Positions 27,012-36,174 of a stretch of DNA of 64,000 bases are shown in pieces. Where the stretch lies: positions 4,639 to 68,638 of the forward strand of contig JBDRNU010000026.1 of NCBI GenBank assembly GCA_043810775.1. Direction: 5' to 3'. Origin of the DNA: an archaeon (GTDB taxonomy: Archaea; Nanobdellota; Nanobdellia; Pacearchaeales; GW2011-AR1). Under the pieces are notes generated by a model, which was not told the DNA's origin, searched no databases, and saw nothing but the letters and a program-made list of their open reading frames with translations. Each line of letters starts with the position of its first letter. Position 1 is the first letter of the stretch. The position numbers and the translations under genes were made by a program.

Positions 27012-29726
27012 TTATGCGCCAGGTCCATCTACTTCACCACCGCCAAATTTCGGTTTATGCCCTTTTCCCTTAAATAATTTGCTTGCTCCACAAGTTTCAC
27101 CAATTATTACAACAGGAGTAAGCAGGGTTTCTACACACTGCCTTGTCTCATCTAACCCATCAACACTGTCATTTGGCGCGTTTCTTCCATTAAAAACATC
27201 TTCAGGGCAAACTAATTCACCTTCCTTAAAAGGCACCTGCCCGTCAATATTATCAGTATTATAGTAAACAACTGGCAAGCCAGATAAACGATAACTTAGT
27301 GGTAATCTAGAGTCAATTAATTCTCCCAAATCCATATCAGAACCTAAAACCCTGCTTGCAGCATCTCCGCCAATCCCATTTGATTGAACAACTCTTAATG
27401 GAAATTCAACCACAGCTCCAACACCCTGGGAAAAATTATATCTTCTACTATTTTCATCTGCACCTATTCTAATTGCCAGCTCAGGAATATCCCATACCCC
27501 TTGCACTACACTATTTCCTGCATTTGTTATAGCTCCAAAACCATACCAAACATTGCCTAATGTTCCACCTATTAAATCTCTGATAAATGCTTCATAACCT
27601 ATATTGTAAATGCCTCTTCCAGTGCTAGTAAAAACATGCCCTACTCTCTCAATTCCTCTTGGCTTGTCAGCTCCTATAGGTGGAACTATTCCAAATGTAA
27701 CACCGCTTAAAATATTCACTGCTCCCTTGCCAGTATCTAAAAGAGTATTTTTAGGAACAACTATTAGTTCATTTACACCAGCTTCTATTAATCCTGTTCT
27801 TCCATAAGGCTTTACCATTAAACCTTCTTCTGTTATAATAGACTGATTTGCGCCTGGCCCAATATCTAAAAGTGCATTTCCAAAATTGCCTAAAGGAGAA
27901 TCAGGAAGTGCTGTTCTCTCTTCATTAAAATATTTTTTTAATCCCACACTATCAACACAAGCACATAATCCTTCTGCTTGAGCTATTACTGGAGGTTCTG
28001 GAACAACTATCATAGGGGGCTCTGAAAATACATCCTCATTTCCACCAGCTCCACCTTTTTCACATCCATTAATAATATCAGTTAATTCTGCACTAGTTGC
28101 TTTTCTTAAAGAAGGTAATAGATTAATATTAAACTCTCCTGTGCAAGGATGCAGTGCAATATAATTTTCTCTGTCTGGCACAACACCAAAATACTCAGCT
28201 AAGCAGGCTCTTGATACAACATTTGACTCTACTTCCTTTCTCTTTAGCTCATCAACTACACTATTGAGGTCACTAGGTAAATTGCCCCCATTACTAGAAA
28301 GCTTGCAATTATCAAATTCTGCCTTAGCTAGTGAAGCTGGCTGTTGAGAATAAATATCTTGAGCTTCCTGGCTTGATTTTGCAACTTGCTCAACTGCTGC
28401 CTGCTCAACTACTGATTCAATTCCGCCTGCTGGTGGAATGCTACTATCTTTAGGTTCAGGAAAATATCCACTAAAATTTTCAGAAAAATCATTGCCAACT
28501 ATATTAGAAACTTCAGAAGAATAAACATCTTGAGCAGCTTGAATTTGAGATGCTGTATTTTCAATTATCATCTCTTCAGCTCTGCTTTCAGAAACAAGAG
28601 GAGTCATTGGATTTCTAGCATCATCCCAAGAAATTTCACCAGCTTCCATTTTTCTATTCCACTCATGCACTACATCCATATACTCCCTCTGATTAAAACT
28701 ATTAGCTACATCTTCTAGCTTTTCACTTACATAATTTGCTGCAGCTTCTGCTACATTTCCAATATCACCTGCCCAAGCTTTTGCACCAATATAATCACCT
28801 AAACTAGCTCCTAGTTTTTTTATCCTATTCATTACTCCCCCCAAACCACCCATTCCAGCTTTAGCAATTCTAGTTTCTTCTGTTTTAGGCTTGCTGTCCC
28901 CTATTCTAATTTCTTCATGATTGCTAAGATTTCCAGAAGCATACAATCCCAAGCTTAGCGCACCTCCAACAAATAATCCAGCAGCAATCTGCCCAGCTCT
29001 TGTATCTAAAGCTTTGCTAATAATTCCTCTTCTTCTATTAGATGTTTTGCCACCCTCAATAATTTCTAACCTTTGAGAAGGATTTTTTCTTAATTCAGCC
29101 TCTAAACTAACATGATTCATAGAATTATAAGTATCCATTTCATCAGGACTTAAATCACTTTTTTCACAAATAGCATATGAACATATCTCATTGCTTGCAG
29201 GATGAGGAATTCTGTAAACTAATCCTTCTTCTAGCTTTGCAAAAGGCTCTGCTGTCAATCCAAGACATTCACCTATTGAAAATTGAGCTGTTGATTCACT
29301 ATTAGAATCAGGTACACTTTGAGCATACTCAATCTCACCTTTAGCTTCTTTTAGCTGTCTATAAATAGTAGAAGTTGATGCATTAGTCATCCTGGCAATA
29401 TCTCTAACAGAAATATTCTCTTCTCTTAATTTATGAATATTCATAATATCATCATACCAGAATCTATCAGAAGTATTTACCTGCATCCCTTGATCTTTTG
29501 CATCCTTAACAATTCTCTTTACAGCATAAGAAGTTAAGCCAGTTCCCCAAGAAACAGCATCATACAAACTATCTAATTTTCCATGATACTTTCTCTGCTC
29601 ATTGCAGTAGCTGACAACATCATCTTTTATCTTTTCAGAAATAGCTCTTGAGCTTCTTCTAGAATCAAGTTCTTTAAATCCGTCATAAGACACTAAACTA
29701 GTCTTACTATCCTTTCCCTTAGTCAT
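27012..29726 (-). CDS. Membrane-tethered protein: N-terminal HTH region, one TM helix, about 640-aa C-terminal domain of unknown family
   Basis: ISVRDIARMTNASTSTIYRQLKEAKG (resolvase/Psq-like HTH) near aa 108. TM helix AGQIAAGLFVGGALSLGLYASG near aa 247. The rest is Gly/Ala/Val-rich and unlike neighbouring genes. Confidence 0.6.
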   Translation of the reverse strand: MTKGKDSKTSLVSYDGFKELDSRRSSRAISEKIKDDVVSYCNEQRKYHGKLDSLYDAVSWGTGLTSYAVKRIVKDAKDQGMQVNTSDRFWYDDIMNIHKLREENISVRDIARMTNASTSTIYRQLKEAKGEIEYAQSVPDSNSESTAQFSIGECLGLTAEPFAKLEEGLVYRIPHPASNEICSYAICEKSDLSPDEMDTYNSMNHVSLEAELRKNPSQRLEIIEGGKTSNRRRGIISKALDTRAGQIAAGLFVGGALSLGLYASGNLSNHEEIRIGDSKPKTEETRIAKAGMGGLGGVMNRIKKLGASLGDYIGAKAWAGDIGNVAEAAANYVSEKLEDVANSFNQREYMDVVHEWNRKMEAGEISWDDARNPMTPLVSESRAEEMIIENTASQIQAAQDVYSSEVSNIVGNDFSENFSGYFPEPKDSSIPPAGGIESVVEQAAVEQVAKSSQEAQDIYSQQPASLAKAEFDNCKLSSNGGNLPSDLNSVVDELKRKEVESNVVSRACLAEYFGVVPDRENYIALHPCTGEFNINLLPSLRKATSAELTDIINGCEKGGAGGNEDVFSEPPMIVVPEPPVIAQAEGLCACVDSVGLKKYFNEERTALPDSPLGNFGNALLDIGPGANQSIITEEGLMVKPYGRTGLIEAGVNELIVVPKNTLLDTGKGAVNILSGVTFGIVPPIGADKPRGIERVGHVFTSTGRGIYNIGYEAFIRDLIGGTLGNVWYGFGAITNAGNSVVQGVWDIPELAIRIGADENSRRYNFSQGVGAVVEFPLRVVQSNGIGGDAASRVLGSDMDLGELIDSRLPLSYRLSGLPVVYYNTDNIDGQVPFKEGELVCPEDVFNGRNAPNDSVDGLDETRQCVETLLTPVVIIGETCGASKLFKGKGHKPKFGGGEVDGPGA

Positions 29727-29810
29727 TGTTTTAACTATTTAATGACACTATTTAAATATTTATATACTTAAATGTAAATATATTTATAATTTAAATCAAG
29801 AAATATTTGC

Positions 29811-29881
29811 GCAGCCTTAGTTTAATGGTAGAATCTGAGCTTCCCAAGCTTATGGTGCGGGTTCAATTCCCGCAGGCTGCA
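29811..29881 (+). tRNA. tRNA-Gly (anticodon CCC)
   Basis: Manual fold: acceptor GCAGCCT/AGGCTGC, anticodon stem TGAGC/GCTTA with loop TTCCCAA, T arm GCGGG-TTCAATT-CCCGC, discriminator A. Confidence 0.9.
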
Positions 29882-29886
29882 TTCAA

Positions 29887-31308
29887 TCAAACTTCCTTCT
29901 CTCGATTAAGAGCAGCAAGAATCAACAATAATACAACTAGTATCAAAACTAAAGTAATCTCAATAACTATAAATAAAAGACCGGCATCCTCAATTAATCC
30001 TCCAGCATCTTCTGAAATACTTTCTAATTCATCTTCATCTATTTCACTAATCTCCTCTTCTTGCTCACCAGATTCTTCTTCAGAAACTTTTCCTGTAACT
30101 AACATCAAAGAAACACTCTCTCCAGCATCACTTGTATCAGTATCATTATTCTTATCTATACAAGCCCAGTAAGTCTTGTTTGAAGATTCAGATTTGAAAT
30201 TGCATTCACACCCACTCCCATTAACTTCACAAGAACATAACGTAACTCCAGCCAGTCCAGAACATGAAGCTGACCTCAAGTTTAAAGTCTTACCATTACA
30301 ACCACTTAGATTATCCATCCTGGCTTTAACATTTCCTCCTTCTTCAACACTAGCAGGGTCAAAACTTAAAGTTAACAAGCCTGTGCAAGATTTTGCACCT
30401 AAAATATTCTTCAAGCTTGAATTTAAAGGAGTTCCGCTAAATGCTATTTTCTCGCCAGAGGTTTCCCCTTCACCATTCAAGGAAACTAAGCTAAAAATAA
30501 GATTCACATCTGCTTCTGGCATCATTACATAAACTATAATAAAATTCTTGGAAACATTACTGCCTAATAAATAAGCTAAATTAACTTTAGCTTCACTTCC
30601 TTCAAGAGCAGAATCTCCAATCATCTTCTCACCACTGTCTTTTCTGCCATTATTATTATCATCAGCATACACCTCAATTTTTGTAATTTGCTTTGATAAA
30701 TCCGCATCTCCAATATCTTTTAAATTAAGGTCACTAAGCATAATATTCTCGCCTTCTGCACTAAGTTTAAACTGCATCATCACATTATTTAACTCTGGAT
30801 TTTCAGTATCATACTGCCAAGAATGGTCAGCAGGATTATGGCTTCCTAGCTCAATCTTTCCAGTGCCAGCTTTTCCAACAACACTAAATCCAATACTAGA
30901 TAAACTGTCTATTGGCTCTAAAATAGGATCAGCATCAAACTTGCCATTATTATTGCAATCAACTATTATATCATAATCACCAGCTAAAGGAACTTCCCAT
31001 ATCTTAGTTACAGCTAAATTAGCATCACCATCAGTTGTAACTTTTTGAGCAGCACCCCTCACATCAACTAAATCCTCTCCGCCAGCCCAATTAGATTTGT
31101 CCTGAACAATATAAAGGTCAAGTTGCTTGTTTATAGTGCAGACACCAGTGCCCTTAACATAAACCATCTCACTTGTTTCAAAGCTGTTTTTTATCACACC
31201 AGCTGAATTAGTGCTTCCAGGAGAAAGTAATGCCAAAGAAAATGCTGAACATAAAATTATAAGGCATAACACAGCTGATAAAATAATTCCTCTTTTCATT
31301 ATCATCAA
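29887..31308 (-). CDS. Secreted protein with acidic linker and C-terminal TM anchor
   Basis: 473 aa. Signal-like N-terminus, an EEESGEQEEEISEIDEDELE tract, then a TM helix and a short basic tail. Confidence 0.6.
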   Translation of the reverse strand: MMIMKRGIILSAVLCLIILCSAFSLALLSPGSTNSAGVIKNSFETSEMVYVKGTGVCTINKQLDLYIVQDKSNWAGGEDLVDVRGAAQKVTTDGDANLAVTKIWEVPLAGDYDIIVDCNNNGKFDADPILEPIDSLSSIGFSVVGKAGTGKIELGSHNPADHSWQYDTENPELNNVMMQFKLSAEGENIMLSDLNLKDIGDADLSKQITKIEVYADDNNNGRKDSGEKMIGDSALEGSEAKVNLAYLLGSNVSKNFIIVYVMMPEADVNLIFSLVSLNGEGETSGEKIAFSGTPLNSSLKNILGAKSCTGLLTLSFDPASVEEGGNVKARMDNLSGCNGKTLNLRSASCSGLAGVTLCSCEVNGSGCECNFKSESSNKTYWACIDKNNDTDTSDAGESVSLMLVTGKVSEEESGEQEEEISEIDEDELESISEDAGGLIEDAGLLFIVIEITLVLILVVLLLILAALNREKEV

Positions 31309-31402
31309 AACTCGAGAAACAAATATATAAGCTTTTATATTGTGTAAAATATAAGCTTTTTCATCAGTAAAAAGTAATGAAAATTATTGAATTAATTTAA
31401 TA

Positions 31403-32497
31403 TCAAATAATTCCTAACTCGCGAGCTTCCATTAAAGACATAACTGCATGCTGGTTTCTGTCAACTCTCTGGGTAGTAGAGTCATTGCTCCCTAAAAACC
31501 CACCTATAGCCTCTATCTCATATTTTTCTCTGTCAGTTACTTGCAAATCCAAAGTTGCATCTAACCCTTCTATTACAAAATTCTTGTAGCATCTTGCTCT
31601 TTCATTGTCTCCCACATCACTTGCAAGCTCGTAAGCTCGGTTTACTCCTTCAACATAAACTGAAGTAACTATTCCTCCAGAAAAATCAAAATCAGAGCAG
31701 TTTCCTTTTGGAGAGTGCTGCTCCAGCATCCAGTCATTCATTTCAAAAACAAAATCCCTGACTTCATCATCAGGATTAGCATTATAAAGTTTCTGATAAG
31801 CCCTGCTCTGCCACGGAACAAAAGCAGTGTTTCTATTTTTCCTCCAATAGCTAGAATAATAAGGAAATGCATTTTCAACAGCTTCAAGATATCTCTGCTC
31901 GCCATTTGTCTCATAAAGAGTCATTAGGGCAAATAACGCCTCTCCAGGATAATAATCCTGGCTTCCTAGCTCGCCAGAATAAAATTCAGCATTCAGGCTT
32001 CCATCATCATTCTGGCTGTAAAGAATGCCATTTGCAAATTTTTCAAGATAATACTCTTTTTCCTCATGCTCCATTTCAGTTAAAGTTAAAATCAAAAACG
32101 CAGAATAACCTAGCTTTATATTATCAGGAGTTATATTGAGAAAAATAAAATCATTTTCAGCATCAGCTTCAAAATAATTCTCAAAAAACTCAAATCCTCT
32201 TTTGGCAAGAAGCCCATAACTTTTATCATCAAGATAATTAGCAAGCTTTGCAACACTCCACAGGCTTGCAGATGACCTTAAATAATGATACTCTTCAGGA
32301 TGAACCTCTTGCTCAACATCATAAATATAATACAAGAAGTAAGGGTCTTGATTATTCAAGAACCACTTGCCACCAAGTTCAATTGCCCTATCATACTTGC
32401 TTTGTTTAGGAATTGAATTAATAAGCAAACAAATCAAAACTAACATGACAACTATTAGCACAACAATAGCCACCAACTTTTTTGCTTTTCTTTTCAT
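31403..32497 (-). CDS. N-terminally anchored alpha/alpha-toroid-like protein (prenyltransferase/terpene-cyclase-repeat-like)
   Basis: YSQNDDGSLNAEF resembles the Q-x-x-DG-x repeat of that fold. Periodic aromatic-rich helices. Weak call. Confidence 0.45.
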   Translation of the reverse strand: MKRKAKKLVAIVVLIVVMLVLICLLINSIPKQSKYDRAIELGGKWFLNNQDPYFLYYIYDVEQEVHPEEYHYLRSSASLWSVAKLANYLDDKSYGLLAKRGFEFFENYFEADAENDFIFLNITPDNIKLGYSAFLILTLTEMEHEEKEYYLEKFANGILYSQNDDGSLNAEFYSGELGSQDYYPGEALFALMTLYETNGEQRYLEAVENAFPYYSSYWRKNRNTAFVPWQSRAYQKLYNANPDDEVRDFVFEMNDWMLEQHSPKGNCSDFDFSGGIVTSVYVEGVNRAYELASDVGDNERARCYKNFVIEGLDATLDLQVTDREKYEIEAIGGFLGSNDSTTQRVDRNQHAVMSLMEARELGII

Positions 32498-32672
32498 GCA
32501 TAATAAAGAAAAAATAATTATTTAAACCTTGTTAATATAATTATTTCATCCTCTCTACTAATGCCTAAATTCTTTCACAATATTTGCCTGTCATAATCTT
32601 TTTTAAATTTTTCCTTTCTCATTCGGAGAGCTTTTCAGCAAGGTTTTTAAGGCAGTCTTAATAAGATAGATT

Positions 32673-33530
32673 ATGGAATGGTTTATATTGTCGGTATTTG
32701 CAACTATCATGTTCGGAATTCAGAGCTTTCTTTACAAATCTTCTATGGAAAAAGGGTGCAACAAATTCCTGGTAACTCTTAGTTTTATGGTTACTGTTGA
32801 AATTCTAGCTGTAATTTTATTTTTATTTAAGGGAATTAATTTTTCCAGTTTATTGATAACTCTTGTATTAGGTTTTGTCTTTGCAATAGTGTTTTATATT
32901 AAAACAATAAGCCAGATGAAAGCCCTGCAGTTTCTCCCCACAAATAAGGTTTTCCCCATCACTGCAAGCGAAGTCATTCTTGTAATTATATTTGCCCTCA
33001 TATTTTTTCATGAAACTCTAGAATTATACCAAATTATAGGAATTACTATGATTATTTTATCTATTACCCTAATACATTCACGCTCAAAAAAACAGAAAGA
33101 CTATTCTGAAAAAAAGATAGGATTTTTTTATGCTTTTTTAGCAATACCTTTCGGCGCTGCTGTTGTAATTACAAATAAATTCGCGACAATGAATTCAGAA
33201 ATTGGTTTTTTTATTGTAATCGCTTATTTATTTTCAATCCTCATATCTTTTATATCTTATAAAGTGGCTGAAGAAAATTCCAATAAGAAAGTCTCAAAAA
33301 AAGACTCGTTAAAAATAGGAATTTTCATAGGGATAGTTAATTTCCTGGGTTTTTTTGCTTTCTTAACTGCACTGAAAACAGGCCCTCTTGCACTTGTATC
33401 TGCAATTCACCCAAATTATATAATAGTCACAGTAATTTTAGCCAGAATAGTGCATAAAGAAGAGTTGACTTGGAAGCAGTTTGGACTTGTAGTACTATCT
33501 GTAATAGGAATTATTTTACTTAAAATTTAA
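32673..33530 (+). CDS. EamA/DMT-family transporter
   Basis: 285 aa with about 10 TM helices in two similar halves. Confidence 0.7.
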   Translation: MEWFILSVFATIMFGIQSFLYKSSMEKGCNKFLVTLSFMVTVEILAVILFLFKGINFSSLLITLVLGFVFAIVFYIKTISQMKALQFLPTNKVFPITASEVILVIIFALIFFHETLELYQIIGITMIILSITLIHSRSKKQKDYSEKKIGFFYAFLAIPFGAAVVITNKFATMNSEIGFFIVIAYLFSILISFISYKVAEENSNKKVSKKDSLKIGIFIGIVNFLGFFAFLTALKTGPLALVSAIHPNYIIVTVILARIVHKEELTWKQFGLVVLSVIGIILLKI

Positions 33531-33541
33531 AATCAAAAAAT

Positions 33542-33982
33542 ATGATAAACCTAGCTAAGATAATTAAGCAAAAATTCCACAATGACTGCGGGCCTGCAGC
33601 TCTTGCTACAGTTTTCTGCTATTACAATAAATGCCAGGACTATCCAGAACTGCTAAAAAAATCTGAGCTGTCAAAAGGTACAGATAATCCAAAAATGAAG
33701 GAAATGGCTGAAGAAATCGGCTTCAAGACATTTACTAAAGAAAATTCCTCTCTCGAAGACATTAAAAATTATCTTGCAAGAAATATTCCAGTAATTATAA
33801 ACTATATTGAACCAGAGCTAAACTGGGGGCACTATGCAATAATAACTAATATTAATGACAAGATAACTCTTGCCAATCCAGATACAGGCAAGCAGGAAAA
33901 AATGGAAATCAGCGAATTTGAAAAAAGATGGATTTCAGGTTCAGGCAAGTACAAGCGCTGGATGCTGGCTGTCTTTAATTAA
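33542..33982 (+). CDS. Stand-alone peptidase C39-like cysteine protease domain
   Basis: QKFHNDCGPAALATVFCYY (catalytic Cys context) and WGHYAIITNI (His). Confidence 0.7.
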   Translation: MINLAKIIKQKFHNDCGPAALATVFCYYNKCQDYPELLKKSELSKGTDNPKMKEMAEEIGFKTFTKENSSLEDIKNYLARNIPVIINYIEPELNWGHYAIITNINDKITLANPDTGKQEKMEISEFEKRWISGSGKYKRWMLAVFN

Positions 33983-33998
33983 ATCAATCAAAATAGAA

Positions 33999-34379
33999 TT
34001 ATCCTGTCTTAGCAATAAAAAGCTCCACTAACGAGCCCCTGTCTACAAGCTCTTCAGCATACTTCCTGACTTCCTCTATTCCCGCTTCATCACCTTCATT
34101 AACCATATCCATAACAGTCATAGCGCATTTCTTTGTATCATGAAACATAGCTAACTTGCCTGTTTCGTTTAGTAAGTGTTCTTCAAGCTTAAAAATAGTA
34201 CCATTTGTTGAATCAAAAAGTGCAAACTCCCCTTGCCCCTTAAAAACAGGAGCAACACTCAAATATGTCTGCAAAATAGTGCCTAATAAAGGAGAATAAT
34301 CAACACCAGAAATACTTATATTCCTTTTAATGTCATCTTCTATATGAGATTTAACATAATCAACATTTGCATTTGGCAT
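33999..34379 (-). CDS. Hypothetical protein
   Basis: 126-aa ORF. Confidence 0.4.
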   Translation of the reverse strand: MPNANVDYVKSHIEDDIKRNISISGVDYSPLLGTILQTYLSVAPVFKGQGEFALFDSTNGTIFKLEEHLLNETGKLAMFHDTKKCAMTVMDMVNEGDEAGIEEVRKYAEELVDRGSLVELFIAKTG

Positions 34380-34418
34380 TTTAAAGCTATAATCATTATA
34401 TTCTTAAATGTTTCTATT

Positions 34419-34940
34419 TTATTTAATAAAAAACCACAGATAAAATACATTCATAATAGTATACCCTAAAGTAATCACCAATGTTAATATAAAAATCTTT
34501 GAAGATTCTGGGATAATAAAACCTAACAAGATTAGAATAATTGCATAGATGATAAAATAAACTTTAATGTATTTTTTCAATTTATTGAGATTCTCATTTT
34601 TAAGACAAAAAATTCTTGGCATCATAAAAACAGCTGCCCAAAAGCTAAACATTCCTATCTGATTCGCATCAAGATTCAACCAAGGAGCGTTTCCAAGTAA
34701 AAACCATTCAAACATCAATCCAAAAGTGCTTGCAATAATGTAATAAAGAATTTCTGAGTAAGGTTTCCTAATTTTATTTATGATTTTGCCTAAGAAATAA
34801 GCAAAAGTTAAAAGAGTAAAATATATTATAAATGTAAAAAGATATGAATTAATATTTTTTAAAATAAGTATATTTAAAACAAATTCTGCAACTGTGGCGA
34901 ATAGTATTCCTATAATAATAAACTTAAAAAATTTGTTCAT
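34419..34940 (-). CDS. Polytopic membrane protein
   Basis: 173 aa with about 5 hydrophobic helices. Confidence 0.5.
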   Translation of the reverse strand: MNKFFKFIIIGILFATVAEFVLNILILKNINSYLFTFIIYFTLLTFAYFLGKIINKIRKPYSEILYYIIASTFGLMFEWFLLGNAPWLNLDANQIGMFSFWAAVFMMPRIFCLKNENLNKLKKYIKVYFIIYAIILILLGFIIPESSKIFILTLVITLGYTIMNVFYLWFFIK

Positions 34941-35016
34941 TTTGAAATCCTCACCATATCTAAATCATCAACTAACTGACTTTTCTTAAACTTTTCGGTT
35001 AATTTTTTGTCTTTAA

Positions 35017-35973
35017 TTAAACTAAAAAATTCTCCTTATTAGTGACTATTCTTTTTCCAAAGCTCAAAATAGCTATCTTCCTAAGAGTATTGGGAAATTT
35101 CTGCTTCATTAGTTCAAGCTCTTCCTGCAGTTGCGAAATGCTGGGATAAACAAAATCTACTTCATAATCCCACAAGCCCAGCATCTTAGTAATATATCTC
35201 ACATTTTTATTAGACATAATATAATTCTCAAATTCACTGGTTTTTTTTAAGTTCTGCACCTGAAATAATAACTTAAAAGTATTATACTTAAATTTTCTCA
35301 AGTCCAAAGTTAAAAAATATCCAGTTATCACTCCATCCTTTTCCAGCTCCCTCATTCTGGCAGAAACAGTCTTTGGTGAAAGATGGGTTTCCTTTGCAAT
35401 ATCTACAACATTCATTCTAGGATTATATCTAAGAACAAGAAGAATTTTTTTATCAGTATCATTCAAGGAAATTTTCTTGCCTTTTTTGAAAATCTCATAC
35501 ATATTATGAATGGGCTTTTCATGAATAAAACTATGCCTAAAATAAACCTGTTTAAAAATTATCTGCATATCCTTCTGATTTATCTTGCCTGCAAACTTCC
35601 TATTAAACTCACTTTCCTGAAAAATTAAATCATCAAAATTATTTACTAGAAAGCAAACACATAAGTCATAAATCCCATAAAATCTTGCAGCCCATAAAAT
35701 ATTCTTATACTTTTTAACCTCCCTAATCACTTCATTCTCTGTCTGCTCGTCATAAAAATCAAAAGTATAATACACCTTCACCATAGTATATCCTAAAATC
35801 TCATTATTCAGGCCAGTGGCATTGTGAAGCATGTACTCTTTTAGTTTTTCAAATCTTAATGCAACAGAATTTTTAGAAAGCCTAACCTTTTTCCCAATTT
35901 TAGAAAAACTTTGTCTAAAATTAATATCAATCTCCTTTAGTATGGCATAATCCTTTGCATCTAACTTCTCCAT
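35017..35973 (-). CDS. Tandem (double) Lrp/AsnC-family protein, paralog of 12007-13002
   Basis: DYAILKEIDINFRQSFSKIGKKVRLSKNSVALRFEKL and DKKILLVLRYNPRMNVVDIAKETHLSPKTVSARMRELEKDG, each followed by a RAM-like domain. Confidence 0.75.
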   Translation of the reverse strand: MEKLDAKDYAILKEIDINFRQSFSKIGKKVRLSKNSVALRFEKLKEYMLHNATGLNNEILGYTMVKVYYTFDFYDEQTENEVIREVKKYKNILWAARFYGIYDLCVCFLVNNFDDLIFQESEFNRKFAGKINQKDMQIIFKQVYFRHSFIHEKPIHNMYEIFKKGKKISLNDTDKKILLVLRYNPRMNVVDIAKETHLSPKTVSARMRELEKDGVITGYFLTLDLRKFKYNTFKLLFQVQNLKKTSEFENYIMSNKNVRYITKMLGLWDYEVDFVYPSISQLQEELELMKQKFPNTLRKIAILSFGKRIVTNKENFLV

Positions 35974-36054
35974 AAAAACAAATGCACTCTTAAATATAAA
36001 AATCTTTGTCTTTTATAATAAGACACAAAATACTATCACCCACTAAAAAATACT

Positions 36055-36069
36055 TATCTGTCACAGATA
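36055..36069. promoter_or_regulatory. 15-nt perfect palindrome in a divergent intergenic region (candidate operator)
   Basis: TATCTGT-C-ACAGATA lies between the tandem-Lrp gene (start 35973) and the GalT-like gene (start 36175). Confidence 0.35.
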
Positions 36070-36174
36070 TATAAGATATGATCATACTTTAACCCATTAA
36101 TTAACTGCGAAACTTCCAGTATGTCATAAAATTCAACCATGCTAGTTTAAGTAAGATTATTCAGTAAAAAGTAT

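Noticed and set aside
29811-29881. tRNA-Gly as an integration site for the surface-protein island
   Set aside because: No integrase or recombinase gene was seen, and I could not find a duplicated copy of the tRNA 3' end anywhere in the window. Kept only as a remark inside the island finding.
29807-30172. 121-aa plus-strand ORF
   Set aside because: It starts inside tRNA-Gly and is antisense to the 473-aa secreted-protein gene. Spurious.
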